A stretch of DNA of 64,000 bases from Candidatus Eiseniibacteriota bacterium (GTDB lineage: Bacteria > Eisenbacteria > RBG-16-71-46 > CAVPCR01). Below the pieces are notes generated by a model. That model saw only the letters and a list, made by a program, of their open reading frames with translations, made no database searches and was not told where the DNA came from. Shown piece after piece: positions 31,265-41,687 of the stretch. Numbering within the stretch: the stretch's first letter is position 1; the number at the start of each line of letters is the position of its first letter. The translations under genes and the position numbers were made by a program. The stretch is taken from the NCBI GenBank assembly GCA_963702435.1, contig CAVPCR010000004.1, forward strand, positions 416,001 through 480,000, given 5' to 3'.

Positions 31265-31768
31265 CTAGGAGAAGACGCCGGTGCGACCGGCGCCGCGGAA
31301 GCGGTCGAGAATCACATCCAGGGTATTCCCGGTCAGGTTGCCGAGCGTGATCGCGCGCACGTAGGCGATGATCTCGGCCACCTGGGCATCGCTGAAGTGC
31401 CGGCGCAGATTGTCGATCGACTCCTGATCGAACCGATCGAGGCTCTCGGCGTAGTGCTGGGCAAAGAGGATCGCCGCGGCCTCGGCCGGATTCTTCGCCT
31501 CCAGCGACTCGATCTGTTGCGCGAGGATCTGGTTGACCTCCGCCAGCGGCACCCCATGGGCCCTCGCCCAGTGAGTGTGCCCCCACTGGCAGTAGCGGCA
31601 GTCATTGACCGAGGTGACGCCGAGCAGGACCTTCTCGCGTAGCGCGGCGGAGGTCTTTGGCCTGATCAGCGCCGTCAGGAGGACGGGGCCCGCAGCCACC
31701 GCGCCGGCAACCGTCCTCCAGAAATTGCCGGGGGTCAGCGTGCGCTTCATCTTCCTGAAGCGTTTCAT
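31265..31768 (-). CDS. Carboxymuconolactone decarboxylase / AhpD-like protein
   Basis: LREKVLLGVTSVNDCRYCQWGH (CxxC..H). Start codon uncertain. Confidence 0.8.
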   Translation of the reverse strand: MKRFRKMKRTLTPGNFWRTVAGAVAAGPVLLTALIRPKTSAALREKVLLGVTSVNDCRYCQWGHTHWARAHGVPLAEVNQILAQQIESLEAKNPAEAAAILFAQHYAESLDRFDQESIDNLRRHFSDAQVAEIIAYVRAITLGNLTGNTLDVILDRFRGAGRTGVFS

Positions 31769-31813
31769 CGGCGGGCTCGAGCCGCTCATCAGAGGCGCAT
31801 CATCCGCAGTGGC

Positions 31814-32341
31814 TCACTTCGCCTGCTGCGGAGCGGACTCCTCGAGGATGATCTTCTCCGGATCGAGGGTGTAGCCCCAGGGCGCAGAGTTCTTCCAGCC
31901 GTTCTTCATCCGCTTTCCGTTGAAGACGCTCTCGGGATCTTGCACCGGGTCGCCCTCCACCCCGTCGACGATGTTGTACGCGTTCGTGAACCCGGCGGCG
32001 GCGAGCTGGTTGACGGCCATGGCGCCGCGGCCTCCTGAACGGCACGTGAGGAGGAGGATGTCCGCCGGCTGGGCGATCTCCCGGACCTGGGCGACGAAGG
32101 CCGTGTTCACCCGGTGTCCGTACTCGAACTTGCCGTCCTTTCTCTGGTAGGTCACGAAGGCCAGCGGTATGTTCCAGGCCATTTCCGGGTGGCCGACGAA
32201 GGCGAACTCCTCGGGGGTCCGGACGTCGATGACCTTGACCTTGTCCGGCGCGGCCTTCCACATCTCGTAGGCCTCTGCCGCCGTCACATAGAGACCGAGT
32301 GTCGTCTGCTTCATCTTCGGAAGCTTGCTGACATCCAGCAC
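31814..32341 (-). CDS. Rhodanese-like sulfurtransferase
   Basis: IDVRTPEEF..VGHP, CRSGGRG, IVDGVEGD, NGWKN. Confidence 0.88.
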   Translation of the reverse strand: MLDVSKLPKMKQTTLGLYVTAAEAYEMWKAAPDKVKVIDVRTPEEFAFVGHPEMAWNIPLAFVTYQRKDGKFEYGHRVNTAFVAQVREIAQPADILLLTCRSGGRGAMAVNQLAAAGFTNAYNIVDGVEGDPVQDPESVFNGKRMKNGWKNSAPWGYTLDPEKIILEESAPQQAK

Positions 32342-32342
32342 G

Positions 32343-32732
32343 TCACTTCTCCTCCGCCAGCTTGGCGAACGTGGCCTCCCACTCGCTCTCGGTCATCGTG
32401 CCGCGCAGCTCGAAGAGCCGATCGAGGACCGCGGCCTGGCCGCGCCGTCGCGCTGCGATGCCCTGCTCCATGAGCGGGGTAAGCCTGTCGAGTCCGGCCG
32501 ACTGGTCCTCGTCGGCCGCGCGAAACTCCTTCGCGATCTCCTCGAAGCCCTTCGAGAAGGTCTCGAGGTCCTTCCGTCCCTGCTCGAAGATCTTCTCCGC
32601 CGCGGCGGCGCGCGCCTCGTCGGCGACGACCTCGTTGACCGCATCCTGCATGTCCTTGGTGAACAGCTCCAGCGCGACGCCGTCACCACCCATCGTGAGC
32701 AAGAGGAGTCCGGCGATGAGCGCAGCGATCAT
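32343..32732 (-). CDS. Small helical exported or membrane-anchored hypothetical protein
   Basis: Hydrophobic N-terminus, ATGA overlap with the upstream gene. Confidence 0.7.
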   Translation of the reverse strand: MIAALIAGLLLLTMGGDGVALELFTKDMQDAVNEVVADEARAAAAEKIFEQGRKDLETFSKGFEEIAKEFRAADEDQSAGLDRLTPLMEQGIAARRRGQAAVLDRLFELRGTMTESEWEATFAKLAEEK

Positions 32733-33202
32733 GGCCTCGAGCCCTCCTTCTCGTCAGGGGGCGCCGCTGTACCGGACGACCTGGAACCCGCCGATTGGAT
32801 CACCGACATTTCGAGATCTCTGAGCTCTTCCCACTCTGCCGGGGTCGCCTCCGCCTTGAGCGCGGCGTGGGCGGCCAGAAAGCGGCGTGCGGCCGACTCG
32901 TGGCGCGCGTTGAAAAGGGCGAGCGACCGCTCGATCTCCTCGCGCCGGCTCCCGTGGTTTCGAACCAAGGGGATGAGCGCGGCCCGCTCTTCTGCGAAGA
33001 GACTATCGGCCTCCCCGATCGCCGCGGCGATCTCTTCGAGGGCGACCTGCATCCTGGCCGCGCGCGCCTCGTCGGCGACGATCTCGTCGATGCCGCTGCG
33101 CAGCTCGGCGACCGGATCGGGCGGCGTCTTCGCGGCGCACGACAGCGCCGCAGGCATGAGTAGCCCGATAGCAAGGGCGTTCAAGAGCGGTGGACTTCTC
33201 AC
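32729..33202 (-). CDS. Helical lipoprotein, hypothetical
   Basis: AALS-C lipobox-like signal; GGAGA RBS before GTG. Confidence 0.7.
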   Translation of the reverse strand: MRSPPLLNALAIGLLMPAALSCAAKTPPDPVAELRSGIDEIVADEARAARMQVALEEIAAAIGEADSLFAEERAALIPLVRNHGSRREEIERSLALFNARHESAARRFLAAHAALKAEATPAEWEELRDLEMSVIQSAGSRSSGTAAPPDEKEGSRP

Positions 33203-33274
33203 CCTGGTCTCCTCTCCCTCGCCACGTTCGACCCTGGTGTGCCTTGCACCTGCTCGACCAGGATCGACCGCGGG

Positions 33275-33957
33275 CTAGGGAATGTAGTTGGCGCTCGTGT
33301 CGGCCCCGTAGCCGCAGCCCTGGTAGGTGCAGTGCAGCTCGTCGCGGATGATGGCTGCCCAGCCGTCGCAGCGATCCGTGTTCAAGGATAGGTCCTTGGT
33401 GAGCACCTTGGTCTCGAACGTCCAGCCCTTCGGCAGACCCTTCAGCTTGCTGCCCACCTGATCGAGGTTCTCGAGGGTGAGGGTCGGGTCGACAGCCTTC
33501 GTGTACTCCTGCATGACCCAGATCGTGCCCTCCGGATCGCGGAGCAGGTGGACCGGGGTGCCTGCGTGCCAGATCCAGTTGCTGTTGCGGTAGATCAAGT
33601 TGGGCGAGTATGCGGTCTTCATCTGGGCCATCATCTCGGCCCCGGTCATCTCCCCGCCATAGAGCATCTTGACGCCATGGAAGTCCACGACGTCGCCGCC
33701 CTGGAGGTCCTGCTCGTCCATGAGCCAGAAGCGCCCGCTGTTGACGAGCACAGGTCCACTTCGAGCTCGCGCGCGAGTCGCGCGGCGTCGATCTTCTTGT
33801 GGCTCTCGGGAGTGAGCTCGTCGAGCGCCGCCGCCGTGTAGACGTGCGCTCGTTGCGTCGCTCCGACGCCAACGAAGGCTCCAAGTCCGCAGAACGTCTT
33901 GCCACGGGTGTTCTTGGTGACTGTCCGGGGTCCGTGCATGCCGATTCTCAGTTTCAT
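33275..33957 (-). CDS. Conserved-looking hypothetical protein with an apparent 1-nt deletion near 33752
   Basis: GAGGAGG RBS then MKLRIG...ARELEVDL, continuing in another frame as VLVNSGRFWLMDE...GTIWVMQ...LPKGW...DELHCTYQ. Confidence 0.65.
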
Positions 33958-34130
33958 CTGTTCCTCCTCATCTGTTCCTCCTCCGGATTGGGAAGGAGTG
34001 CGCCTCGCCCGACGGCCCGACTGGCCCCGGCTGAAGCCGGGGCCCGGCCCGGAGCATGCCGTGGTTACGGGATGCCGGTGGCGGGCCCGGCCAGCGGCTG
34101 GCCAGGCCCGCCCCTGGACGTCATGAACGC

Positions 34131-34529
34131 TTACTTCTTCATCCTCTTCGCCACCGCCTCCTGTATCAGCTTGGCTTGCGCAGCCAACCCGCCAGCGGTA
34201 CTGAACTGGAGGATCTCGGCCCCTTCCTCCGAGATGAAGTTGTGCGGAGCTGGCCAGTAGCACGCGTCCCCGGCGCGGCAAATGTCAACGGTCCCGTCGA
34301 GGTAAATGACCCTCAACGTGCCCTTCAAGACGTAAGCCCAGTGTTCAACCCCGCACAGATCGTGCGGTAGTCCCTTTCCCTTCAGAATGTCTGTGAAGTC
34401 AGTACCCGGGGCAAAGATGTGGTAGGCGCACTGCATGCCGCCCCAGTTCTCCTCGAAGATCTTGAGGCCCGGGGTGTTCTGGGTGACGACGTCATCGACT
34501 ACCTTCATGTCTTTCAATTGCTTTCTCAT
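34131..34529 (-). CDS. Cupin-domain protein
   Basis: GLPHDLCGVEHWAYVLKG...AGDACYWPAPHN. Confidence 0.8.
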   Translation of the reverse strand: MRKQLKDMKVVDDVVTQNTPGLKIFEENWGGMQCAYHIFAPGTDFTDILKGKGLPHDLCGVEHWAYVLKGTLRVIYLDGTVDICRAGDACYWPAPHNFISEEGAEILQFSTAGGLAAQAKLIQEAVAKRMKK

Positions 34530-34691
34530 GCGATTCATCCCCCTTGTGCCTCACCGGACCGGCGGTGACGGCGAGTTGTTCGAGGTTTCGGCCAAGTCCG
34601 ATTGCCTGGACAGGCCTTGTTACCATCGCGGCAGAGGCTGCGGCGTGCCATGCACTGCCGCGCGAGCTTGCAGCCAAGCCCTGCGGGGTGT

Positions 34692-35063
34692 TCAGGTTGT
34701 CCGGGTTCGTCCTTGCGCTCCTTCCGATTCGCCCTGCGCTTTCGGACTGAGTACCGCGACCAGGAACTCGATTCCGCGAAGGTGCTCGATGCTGCCAAAG
34801 GCGACCACCGGCGATTGGACCGACAGCTCGATATAGGGAAGCAGCCGCCGAAACCTCTCCGAACGGAGGTGCGTCTCCAGGTCCTCCTGGGTATCCCACT
34901 GGACGAGGTAGGTGAACACGCGATCGTCCTCGACATCCTGGCATATCCAGCAGGCCCGGCACTGCGCCAGTGCCTCGGTCGGCCCCTTGACGTGCAGGAG
35001 CACGTTCCGGAACTCCTGCTGCTTCCCCTCGGGAGCTACCAGTCGGAAGGAGGCCTGTATCAT
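34692..35063 (-). CDS. ABM (antibiotic biosynthesis monooxygenase) fold protein
   Basis: GPTEALAQCRACWICQD...VQWDTQEDLETHLRSERF. Confidence 0.8.
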   Translation of the reverse strand: MIQASFRLVAPEGKQQEFRNVLLHVKGPTEALAQCRACWICQDVEDDRVFTYLVQWDTQEDLETHLRSERFRRLLPYIELSVQSPVVAFGSIEHLRGIEFLVAVLSPKAQGESEGAQGRTRTT

Positions 35064-35104
35064 CTCTCGCTTCCGGGTGGCGAATCGCCACCCCTTGCCA
35101 GGTT

Positions 35105-35992
35105 CTACTGGTTCAGACCCTTGTTGACGAGGACGATGACTTCCACCCGGCGCGACTGCTTGCGATCTTCTTCCGTCTTTCCTCCGCCGACGGGTTTGGT
35201 CTCGCCATAGCCCATGGGTACCATGATGCGCCGCAGCGGGATGTTGTGCTTCACCGTCAGGTACTGGACCACCGCGTCGGCGCGGCGCTGGCTGAGTTCG
35301 AGGTTCGCTTCGAAGTCCCCGCTCGGATCGGTGAATCCTTTCACTTCCACCGCGTAGTTCTTCCCGCCCGGCGCCTTCGACGCGAGCTCGTCGAGCTGCG
35401 ACTTTGCGTCGGCATCGAGCGTGGCGCTGTTGACCGCGAAGAGCACCGCCACGGTCTTCACGACCTCAAACTGGTCGAGCTCGGAAATGCGCGTGTTGGT
35501 CGCTATGACATCTTTGCTGGTTTCATTGAGCTGCTGGTCCGTCTCCGATAGCTCTTTAGTGACCGGAGCCGTCTGGCCATAGGCGGTTATCACCGCCTTG
35601 AGGTCGGATTCGGAGAATGTGATGTCCTCCGCCACCAGGCGACCGGTCGAGTCCCCCTTGCCCTCGGCCTTCAGGATGAGGCCGGGCATGAGCACGGTCA
35701 TGTCAAAGGGCTTGTGTCCGCGAAAGAGGCCCTTCCGATCGGTCCTGATCTTGGTGGAGTCGGTCAACAGGACAACCGTATCGGTCGCCGACACATCGCG
35801 GAGCGAGAACGTCTCACCGTCACGGCTGAGGATGACACCCTTGATATCCGCCTTCTCACCGGCCGGAATGGCGCGCTTCTGGCCCGGTTTGGATTGACCG
35901 ATCGCGCCGCTCGATAGCAGCACTCCGGTCATCAACACCAGACTCAGGCCGATCACAGCGGGCGCGGTCGCTCTTGAACATCGATCACTCAT
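35105..35992 (-). CDS. OmpA-C domain protein with N-terminal OB-like (DUF5666-type) domain
   Basis: LFAVNSATL, GFTDPSG..NLELSQRRADAV, GYGE, RRVEV; signal-like N-terminus. Confidence 0.88.
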   Translation of the reverse strand: MSDRCSRATAPAVIGLSLVLMTGVLLSSGAIGQSKPGQKRAIPAGEKADIKGVILSRDGETFSLRDVSATDTVVLLTDSTKIRTDRKGLFRGHKPFDMTVLMPGLILKAEGKGDSTGRLVAEDITFSESDLKAVITAYGQTAPVTKELSETDQQLNETSKDVIATNTRISELDQFEVVKTVAVLFAVNSATLDADAKSQLDELASKAPGGKNYAVEVKGFTDPSGDFEANLELSQRRADAVVQYLTVKHNIPLRRIMVPMGYGETKPVGGGKTEEDRKQSRRVEVIVLVNKGLNQ

Positions 35993-36102
35993 GGTTCCCT
36001 CCTGGCCTCTCCTGACCTGCCGGGCGTCAGGGTCTGGGCGGCCGAACTCGACCTGGCCCAAGCAGCAGCAGGAAAACGATCCCTGCCGGCCATGTACATG
36101 GC

Positions 36103-36118
36103 TGCAAAGGGCGTGCCG
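36103..36118 (-). promoter_or_regulatory. Sigma-54 -24/-12 promoter
   Basis: CGGCACGCCCTTTGCA with exact GG-N10-GC spacing, between the activator gene and the OmpA gene. Confidence 0.7.
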
Positions 36119-36228
36119 CGGGCGGCTGGAGGGTCGAAACAGACGACAAGACACTGGCTCGCCGTCGATTACGGAGGGTACTCGACGGCTGCGCGCGAGC
36201 CGGCGCGAGCCTCCGATAGTCGGAGAAT

Positions 36229-38805
36229 CTACGAGATATCGGCGGCTCCCCGCGGTCGGGCGATGCCGAGCTTGGCCATCCGCGACTCGAGCGTCGTCGG
36301 CCTGAGGCCCAGGATCTCGGCCGCGCCGCCGGCACCCCGGACGCGCCAGCCGGTGTCCTTGAGAACGCGGAGTATCTGTTCCCGCATGCCTTCATCCAAT
36401 GTCATCCGCGGCCTGAGACCACCCGCGACGAGCACGGGCATCTCGACCGCCAGCGAGTCGCCCGTGGCGAGGATCATCGCGCGCTCGATGACGTTGCTGA
36501 GCTCGCGCACGTTGCCGGGCCATCGGTACTGCTGCAGCTGCTCCATCGTCTTGCGAGGAACGCTGTTGATCGTCTTGCCCATGCGGCGGCTGAAGTTCTC
36601 GATGAAGGCCCAGACGAGGAGCGGAATGTCTTCGCGCCGATCCCGGAGCGGAGGAACGCGGATCGGGAAGACGTTCAGCCGGTGAAACAGGTCGATACGA
36701 AACTTGCCGTCCCGAACGGCCTGCTCCAGGTCGCGATTCGTCGCCGTGATGATCCGCACATTGACTGACACGCTCTGCGGGCTGCCCAACCGCTCGAACC
36801 GGCCATCCTGGAGCACCCGCAGCAGCTTGGCCTGCAGCTCGACGGGGAACTCCCCGATCTCGTCGAGAAACAGCGTGGAGCCGTCGGCGATCGCAAAGCG
36901 ACCGACTTGCGCCGAGGCGGCACCCGTGTAGGCGCCGGCAACCCGTCCAAAGAGCTCGCTTTCGATCAGAGTCGCGGGCAGCGAGGCGCAGTTCACGGTG
37001 ACCAGGGGACGCCCCTGGCGCGGGCTCAGCTCGTGGATCGTCTGTGCCAGGAGCTCCTTCCCGGTGCCGGTCTCGCCGAGCAGGAGAACCGGGGTGTCGG
37101 TGCCGGCCACCTGCTCTGCCTCGGACAGCACCTTCTTGAGGGCCCGGCTCTGGCCGATGATGCGTCCGTGCCGGTGCTTCAGCGTGACCTGCTCACGAAG
37201 ATAGACGTTCTCCAGTTCGAGGCGCTCGCGAAGCCGCTCGTTCTCGGCCAGCGCGGCCCGGATCGCCTCGTCAGATCGCTGGCGCACCAGGGCATTGGCG
37301 AAGATCTCTCCGATCACCTGCAGGCGAGAGACGACTTCCGGGGGCCATTCGCAGTACCGCCTGAGGAAAGAGAAGGCGAGGAAGCCCAGGACCGAGCCGC
37401 CGACGGTCAGCGGAATGACCACGAACGACTTGATGTTCTGGGCGACGGCGAGCTGTCTCTCCTTCTTCGCCTCTGGCGGGAGGTCATCCGGCAGGCGTCT
37501 GAAGAAGAGCGTCTGCCCGTTGCGGGCCTGTCCCATGATCCAGGGAACATGATCGCCGGCGTCAGCCCCGATGGCGAACGGCTCGACCCCGGACACCGCG
37601 CGGGAATGGGTCGACAGCGCCCGGCTCTTGTCCTGGCTGAACTGCACCAGGGTGTTCCGGTCGTGACCCAGCGTCTCCAGGAGATCGTTCAGGGCTTCGT
37701 CGATCACGCTGTCGATCCGGTCGGGAGGCTGGATGATGAACCTGGCAGAAAGATCGGCCAGCAACTGCTCGAACCGCAGGCGCTCCTCCAGCACTTGCTC
37801 CGCCCGCTTGCGGTCCGTGATGTCGCTAGCCTCTCCCAGCATCCTCGCCCGGGCCTCCTCCGTGCCCGGAAACCGGCCCCGGGCCGCGATCCATCGCTCC
37901 TGGCCGTCCGGCAGAACCACGCGGAACTCGACGACATAATCGGCGTGGTCCTCGATGGCGCGTCTCACGGTCTGCTCGACCACCTCTCTGTCCTGGACGT
38001 GGATCCGCTCGATGACTGTTTCGTACCGGAGAACTGCATCCAGCGGAAAGCCGAACATCCGGCGCCAGTTCTCCGTGGCCCAGACATCGTTGCGCGACAC
38101 ATCCCATATCCAGACGCCCGAACCGGCCGCCGCTGTGGCCAGACTCAGGCGCTCCTCGTTCTCCCGCAGAATCTCGTGGGAGCGCTTTCGAGCAATCGCA
38201 TTGGCGAACAGATGCGCCACGAGTTGAATCCGCTTGACGAGGCCGTCCGGCCAGGGGCGCTCGTCCTTGGTGTCGTTGAAGCACACCGCACCGATGAGCG
38301 GTCCCTCTCCCGGCGAGAGCGGAACCACCAGCGAGCTCTTGACGCCGAACTGGCGGCAGCTCTCTCGGTCCCGGGCTGCAGCGGGTGGCATGTCCTCCAG
38401 GGAGGAGACGGCGACCACTTTGCCGGAGAGGAGTTGCTCGAGGCACCAGGGGAAGTACTCCCGGGCATCCATCGGCTCTGGACGGGGCGGGCCCTCCTGC
38501 GCTCGATAGAGGTGGGTCATCCCAAGGAATCCCGGAGACTCGTTCGACCACTGCCAGAGCCCACAGGAATCCAGTCCGAGGAATTCGCACACGCGACGCT
38601 GGGCAGCTTCGATCTCGGAGTCGACCTGGTCCGCGGGAAGGTTGACGAACTTGAGCGAGAGATCGGCGATGAGCGTCTCGAAACGCAGGCTCTCTTCGAG
38701 TTCCTCGTGCGTCCCGCTCGTCTGTTCACAAGCGGGGTGCGACTCACTACCGGCGCGATCTTCCCGGGTGGTGTCGAGAGAACGTGGTCTCGGGTTCCTG
38801 CGCAT
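36229..38805 (-). CDS. Sigma-54 enhancer-binding protein (GAF-PAS-GAF-AAA-HTH, FhlA-like)
   Basis: GETGTGKE, ESELFG, GAYTGA, FLDEIG, WPGNVREL, C-terminal HTH. Confidence 0.93.
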   Translation of the reverse strand: MRRNPRPRSLDTTREDRAGSESHPACEQTSGTHEELEESLRFETLIADLSLKFVNLPADQVDSEIEAAQRRVCEFLGLDSCGLWQWSNESPGFLGMTHLYRAQEGPPRPEPMDAREYFPWCLEQLLSGKVVAVSSLEDMPPAAARDRESCRQFGVKSSLVVPLSPGEGPLIGAVCFNDTKDERPWPDGLVKRIQLVAHLFANAIARKRSHEILRENEERLSLATAAAGSGVWIWDVSRNDVWATENWRRMFGFPLDAVLRYETVIERIHVQDREVVEQTVRRAIEDHADYVVEFRVVLPDGQERWIAARGRFPGTEEARARMLGEASDITDRKRAEQVLEERLRFEQLLADLSARFIIQPPDRIDSVIDEALNDLLETLGHDRNTLVQFSQDKSRALSTHSRAVSGVEPFAIGADAGDHVPWIMGQARNGQTLFFRRLPDDLPPEAKKERQLAVAQNIKSFVVIPLTVGGSVLGFLAFSFLRRYCEWPPEVVSRLQVIGEIFANALVRQRSDEAIRAALAENERLRERLELENVYLREQVTLKHRHGRIIGQSRALKKVLSEAEQVAGTDTPVLLLGETGTGKELLAQTIHELSPRQGRPLVTVNCASLPATLIESELFGRVAGAYTGAASAQVGRFAIADGSTLFLDEIGEFPVELQAKLLRVLQDGRFERLGSPQSVSVNVRIITATNRDLEQAVRDGKFRIDLFHRLNVFPIRVPPLRDRREDIPLLVWAFIENFSRRMGKTINSVPRKTMEQLQQYRWPGNVRELSNVIERAMILATGDSLAVEMPVLVAGGLRPRMTLDEGMREQILRVLKDTGWRVRGAGGAAEILGLRPTTLESRMAKLGIARPRGAADIS

Positions 38806-38901
38806 TCCATCTACCCCGTGGATGGCCCGGGTGGCACGGGTAACGTGCCGGCCGGGCCGCCGTTCCGTCCGCCGACGGCTCCATCCTGCCGGGATAGAAT
38901 A

Positions 38902-39525
38902 TCACTGGATGGTCACGACGCCGAGGGCGCCGAGGGCGACCAGCATCGTGTCGATCGCGAGGGCGACCTGGATGACGATCAACACCGCCCCGAGGAGCTG
39001 CAGTGCCGGCAGCAGCCCGGGAATGTGCAGGATCCGATCATTGAAAAACATGACGAGGAAGTTGAGCGCCATGATCACACCGAGCGAGATGGCGAGCATT
39101 CCATAGAGGTCCGGATACTGCGGAGCGACCATCACGGAGACGAGGATCATGGCGACTCCGGCCGGCGGAACGATCGCCGGCGCCGCCAGCGGCGAGATGG
39201 CCATCCTCAGGGGTGAGACGCCCACCCCCGGGGCCTCGGGAGCATCGCCTCTGGGGAAGATCGCCCCCATGGCCGAGATGAGCAGCACGAGGCCGGTGGT
39301 GAGCTGGAGCGCGGGCAGACTCAGGTCGTACCTCTCGACCAGCGTTCCGCCGACGAGCGATACGAACAAGCAGACGGCGGCGGCGAACAATGTTCCCCAG
39401 GCGGCGGCGCTCCGGCGGAATGCCTGCTCTCGCCCTCCGGTCAGCCTCGCGAAGGCCGGGATCAGCCGGATCGGCCCCAGCAGCACGAAGCAGACCGTGA
39501 AGAGGTACGCGAATCCCTTTTCCAT
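38902..39525 (-). CDS. MarC family membrane protein
   Basis: FVLLGPIRLIPAF, AISPLAAPAIVPPAG, six hydrophobic segments. Confidence 0.85.
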   Translation of the reverse strand: MEKGFAYLFTVCFVLLGPIRLIPAFARLTGGREQAFRRSAAAWGTLFAAAVCLFVSLVGGTLVERYDLSLPALQLTTGLVLLISAMGAIFPRGDAPEAPGVGVSPLRMAISPLAAPAIVPPAGVAMILVSVMVAPQYPDLYGMLAISLGVIMALNFLVMFFNDRILHIPGLLPALQLLGAVLIVIQVALAIDTMLVALGALGVVTIQ

Positions 39526-39699
39526 CGATCGAGCCCTCGCTTTCCCCGACACACTCCATCACGACAGCGCTTCTCACCGGGCAGCGAGCATCGAGCCGGA
39601 CGGCGGCGGTGAGCAGCGCCATGGTCCCGCTGCTGAAGGGCAGTTCTGGCGGGAGTGGCCGGGAGAACCCGGCCCTCCCGCCATCCTCCCAGCTCGCTC

Positions 39700-40338
39700 C
39701 TAGAATCGATAGAGAGCGCCGGCCAGCATCTCGAACTGGTGCGAGTAATCGGAGTCGCCGTACGTGTAACAGCCCCAGTACGGGTCGCACCAGGCACCGT
39801 CGGGATCGGTCTTGATGTAGGTCGGTGTCCAGCGAACGCCGAAGCGGGCACCCAGCTTCCCGCCGGGGAAGACCTTGACGCCCCCGCCCCAGGTGGTCGA
39901 GAACCTGGTCTCGTTGTCCACGTCGACACCCTCGATGTCGCCCGTCACGTAGTGCGTGGCGCCCAGGCCGACGAGGAAGTACGGGATGACCTGGGGGTTC
40001 ACGCCGATGTTGTAGCAGTAGTAGGCATGGTAGTTGTTGACATCCAGGTCGACGAGATCGGTGTCCCCGCCGGTGTAGCCGCCGCCGATGAGGGTGCTCT
40101 GCTGCTGGGACATCATGAAGCCGATCTCGGAGAACCGGTTGACGAAGAACCCGAAGTTGAAGCCGTAGGAAAAGCCGCTCTCCGGATCGACCTGGTCGAA
40201 GGTGACTCCGTCGATCTCGACGCCTTCGCTGAACGTATAGCCGATGTGTGCGCCAATCTCGGCCTTGGGCGGCTGCGCCGCCGCCGTGGAGGCGGTGAGC
40301 GACAGCAGGATGGCCAGGACGATCAATCGCATATCCAT
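39700..40338 (-). CDS. Outer-membrane beta-barrel protein
   Basis: Signal peptide, alternating beta strands, PYFLVGLG, terminal YRF. Confidence 0.85.
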   Translation of the reverse strand: MDMRLIVLAILLSLTASTAAAQPPKAEIGAHIGYTFSEGVEIDGVTFDQVDPESGFSYGFNFGFFVNRFSEIGFMMSQQQSTLIGGGYTGGDTDLVDLDVNNYHAYYCYNIGVNPQVIPYFLVGLGATHYVTGDIEGVDVDNETRFSTTWGGGVKVFPGGKLGARFGVRWTPTYIKTDPDGAWCDPYWGCYTYGDSDYSHQFEMLAGALYRF

Positions 40339-40685
40339 ATCTCAGATCCTCCATCGGCTGCGTATCAGCCGGACTTTGCGGCGGGCGGACTGCCGCGATC
40401 GCCATGAACTGGAACTCCAGGAGCAGGGCGAGACCCCGCCTCCAGCCGGTGGGCGGTCTATGCACGACGCAGGCCAGGGTGGACTGCTGCCCGCGACCGG
40501 GGAGCCTAACTCATTGAGTGGCAACCGGGTGGACCACTTCCTGGGTATCGGTCCGGGAATTGGGAGGTGCTGCGGAAGCGCGAAGCCACGGCGAGAGGGG
40601 TCGAAATCTCGTCCCGGCCGGCGGGGCAGCGCGCCGGCGGGCGCGCGGGACGGGATCGAGCGCCGCTACGGCCGCTCGCGTCGAG

Positions 40686-41687
40686 TCATGGCTCCCCGAC
40701 CACGCTCCACGTCGAGTCCGGATTGAAACGCTCCAACGCGCGGAGCTCGTCGAGCGTCTTGGGGCCGAGGTCCTTCTCGTAGACGATGCCGGTGTGGCTC
40801 ACGATGAAGGTCTTGATGCCGGTCACCTCGTATTCGGCCGGCGCGGCGGCGAGGGCGAAGCCGCCGATCATCAGTCCCTTCACCACGAAGTCCATCTCGC
40901 CCAGCGGCGCGGCCGGTCCCTGGCCCTTGAGGATCTTGAAGTAGTAGCCGTGGAAGGGCTCGCCCTCGGTGCCGTAACCCGCGGCGATGTTGCGCGCGAC
41001 CGCCTCGCCTACCGGTCCCTGCCACGTGCCATCCGGAGCTTGCCACGCCAATCCGTCCTGCTTGCCGGGGGTGCTCACGATGCGCTGCGCGTACTGATTC
41101 ACGCGCGCCCCATCTCGCTTTTCCGAGGCGTACTCGTACTGCGCCTCGACGTATCCGTGGCACACCTCGATCGCATCGAGCTCGTTCTGTCCGATCCTGC
41201 GCAGCAGGATCTCCTCGCGTCCGGCCACGGTGTCGAACCGCCAGCGACCGTCTTCCTCGACGATGGGAATCGGAAGCGGCCAGTCATCGGTCCCGATGGA
41301 CACGAGTGCGATCTTCGGATCCTTCGGATCGCGGGCGACCCGGGTCTGCCGGCGGGCCGCCGCGGCGAAGCCCGCGAACTGCTCCTTGTCCCGCACCGGA
41401 TCCTCGGTGGTCACGATCTTCACGCCGTCCGGCCCGAAGATCTCCTTGAGGGCCGGAACATCGTAGCGCTCGGCGGCGACGGTCAGAGCCTCGGCCGCCT
41501 CCTCTGGTGTCTTGAACGTCCTCTGCACCACCGAGCCGGCCGCGGACGCCCCGCCGGATTCCGCGGTTCGCGCCGGAGACGGCAAGAGGAGCACCCACGC
41601 TGCAACCAGGCAAAGTCCGAGGTGTGCGGCACGGACACGAAGTCGGGAGCGAGTGCGAACGATGGCGATGGACTTCATGGCACTCAC
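40686..41687 (-). CDS. DUF2950 family protein
   Basis: FKTPEEAA, WPLPIPIV..WRFD..GREEILLRRIGQNE, PFHGYYFKIL, GIKTFIV, FNPDSTW. Confidence 0.9.
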   Translation of the reverse strand: MSAMKSIAIVRTRSRLRVRAAHLGLCLVAAWVLLLPSPARTAESGGASAAGSVVQRTFKTPEEAAEALTVAAERYDVPALKEIFGPDGVKIVTTEDPVRDKEQFAGFAAAARRQTRVARDPKDPKIALVSIGTDDWPLPIPIVEEDGRWRFDTVAGREEILLRRIGQNELDAIEVCHGYVEAQYEYASEKRDGARVNQYAQRIVSTPGKQDGLAWQAPDGTWQGPVGEAVARNIAAGYGTEGEPFHGYYFKILKGQGPAAPLGEMDFVVKGLMIGGFALAAAPAEYEVTGIKTFIVSHTGIVYEKDLGPKTLDELRALERFNPDSTWSVVGEP

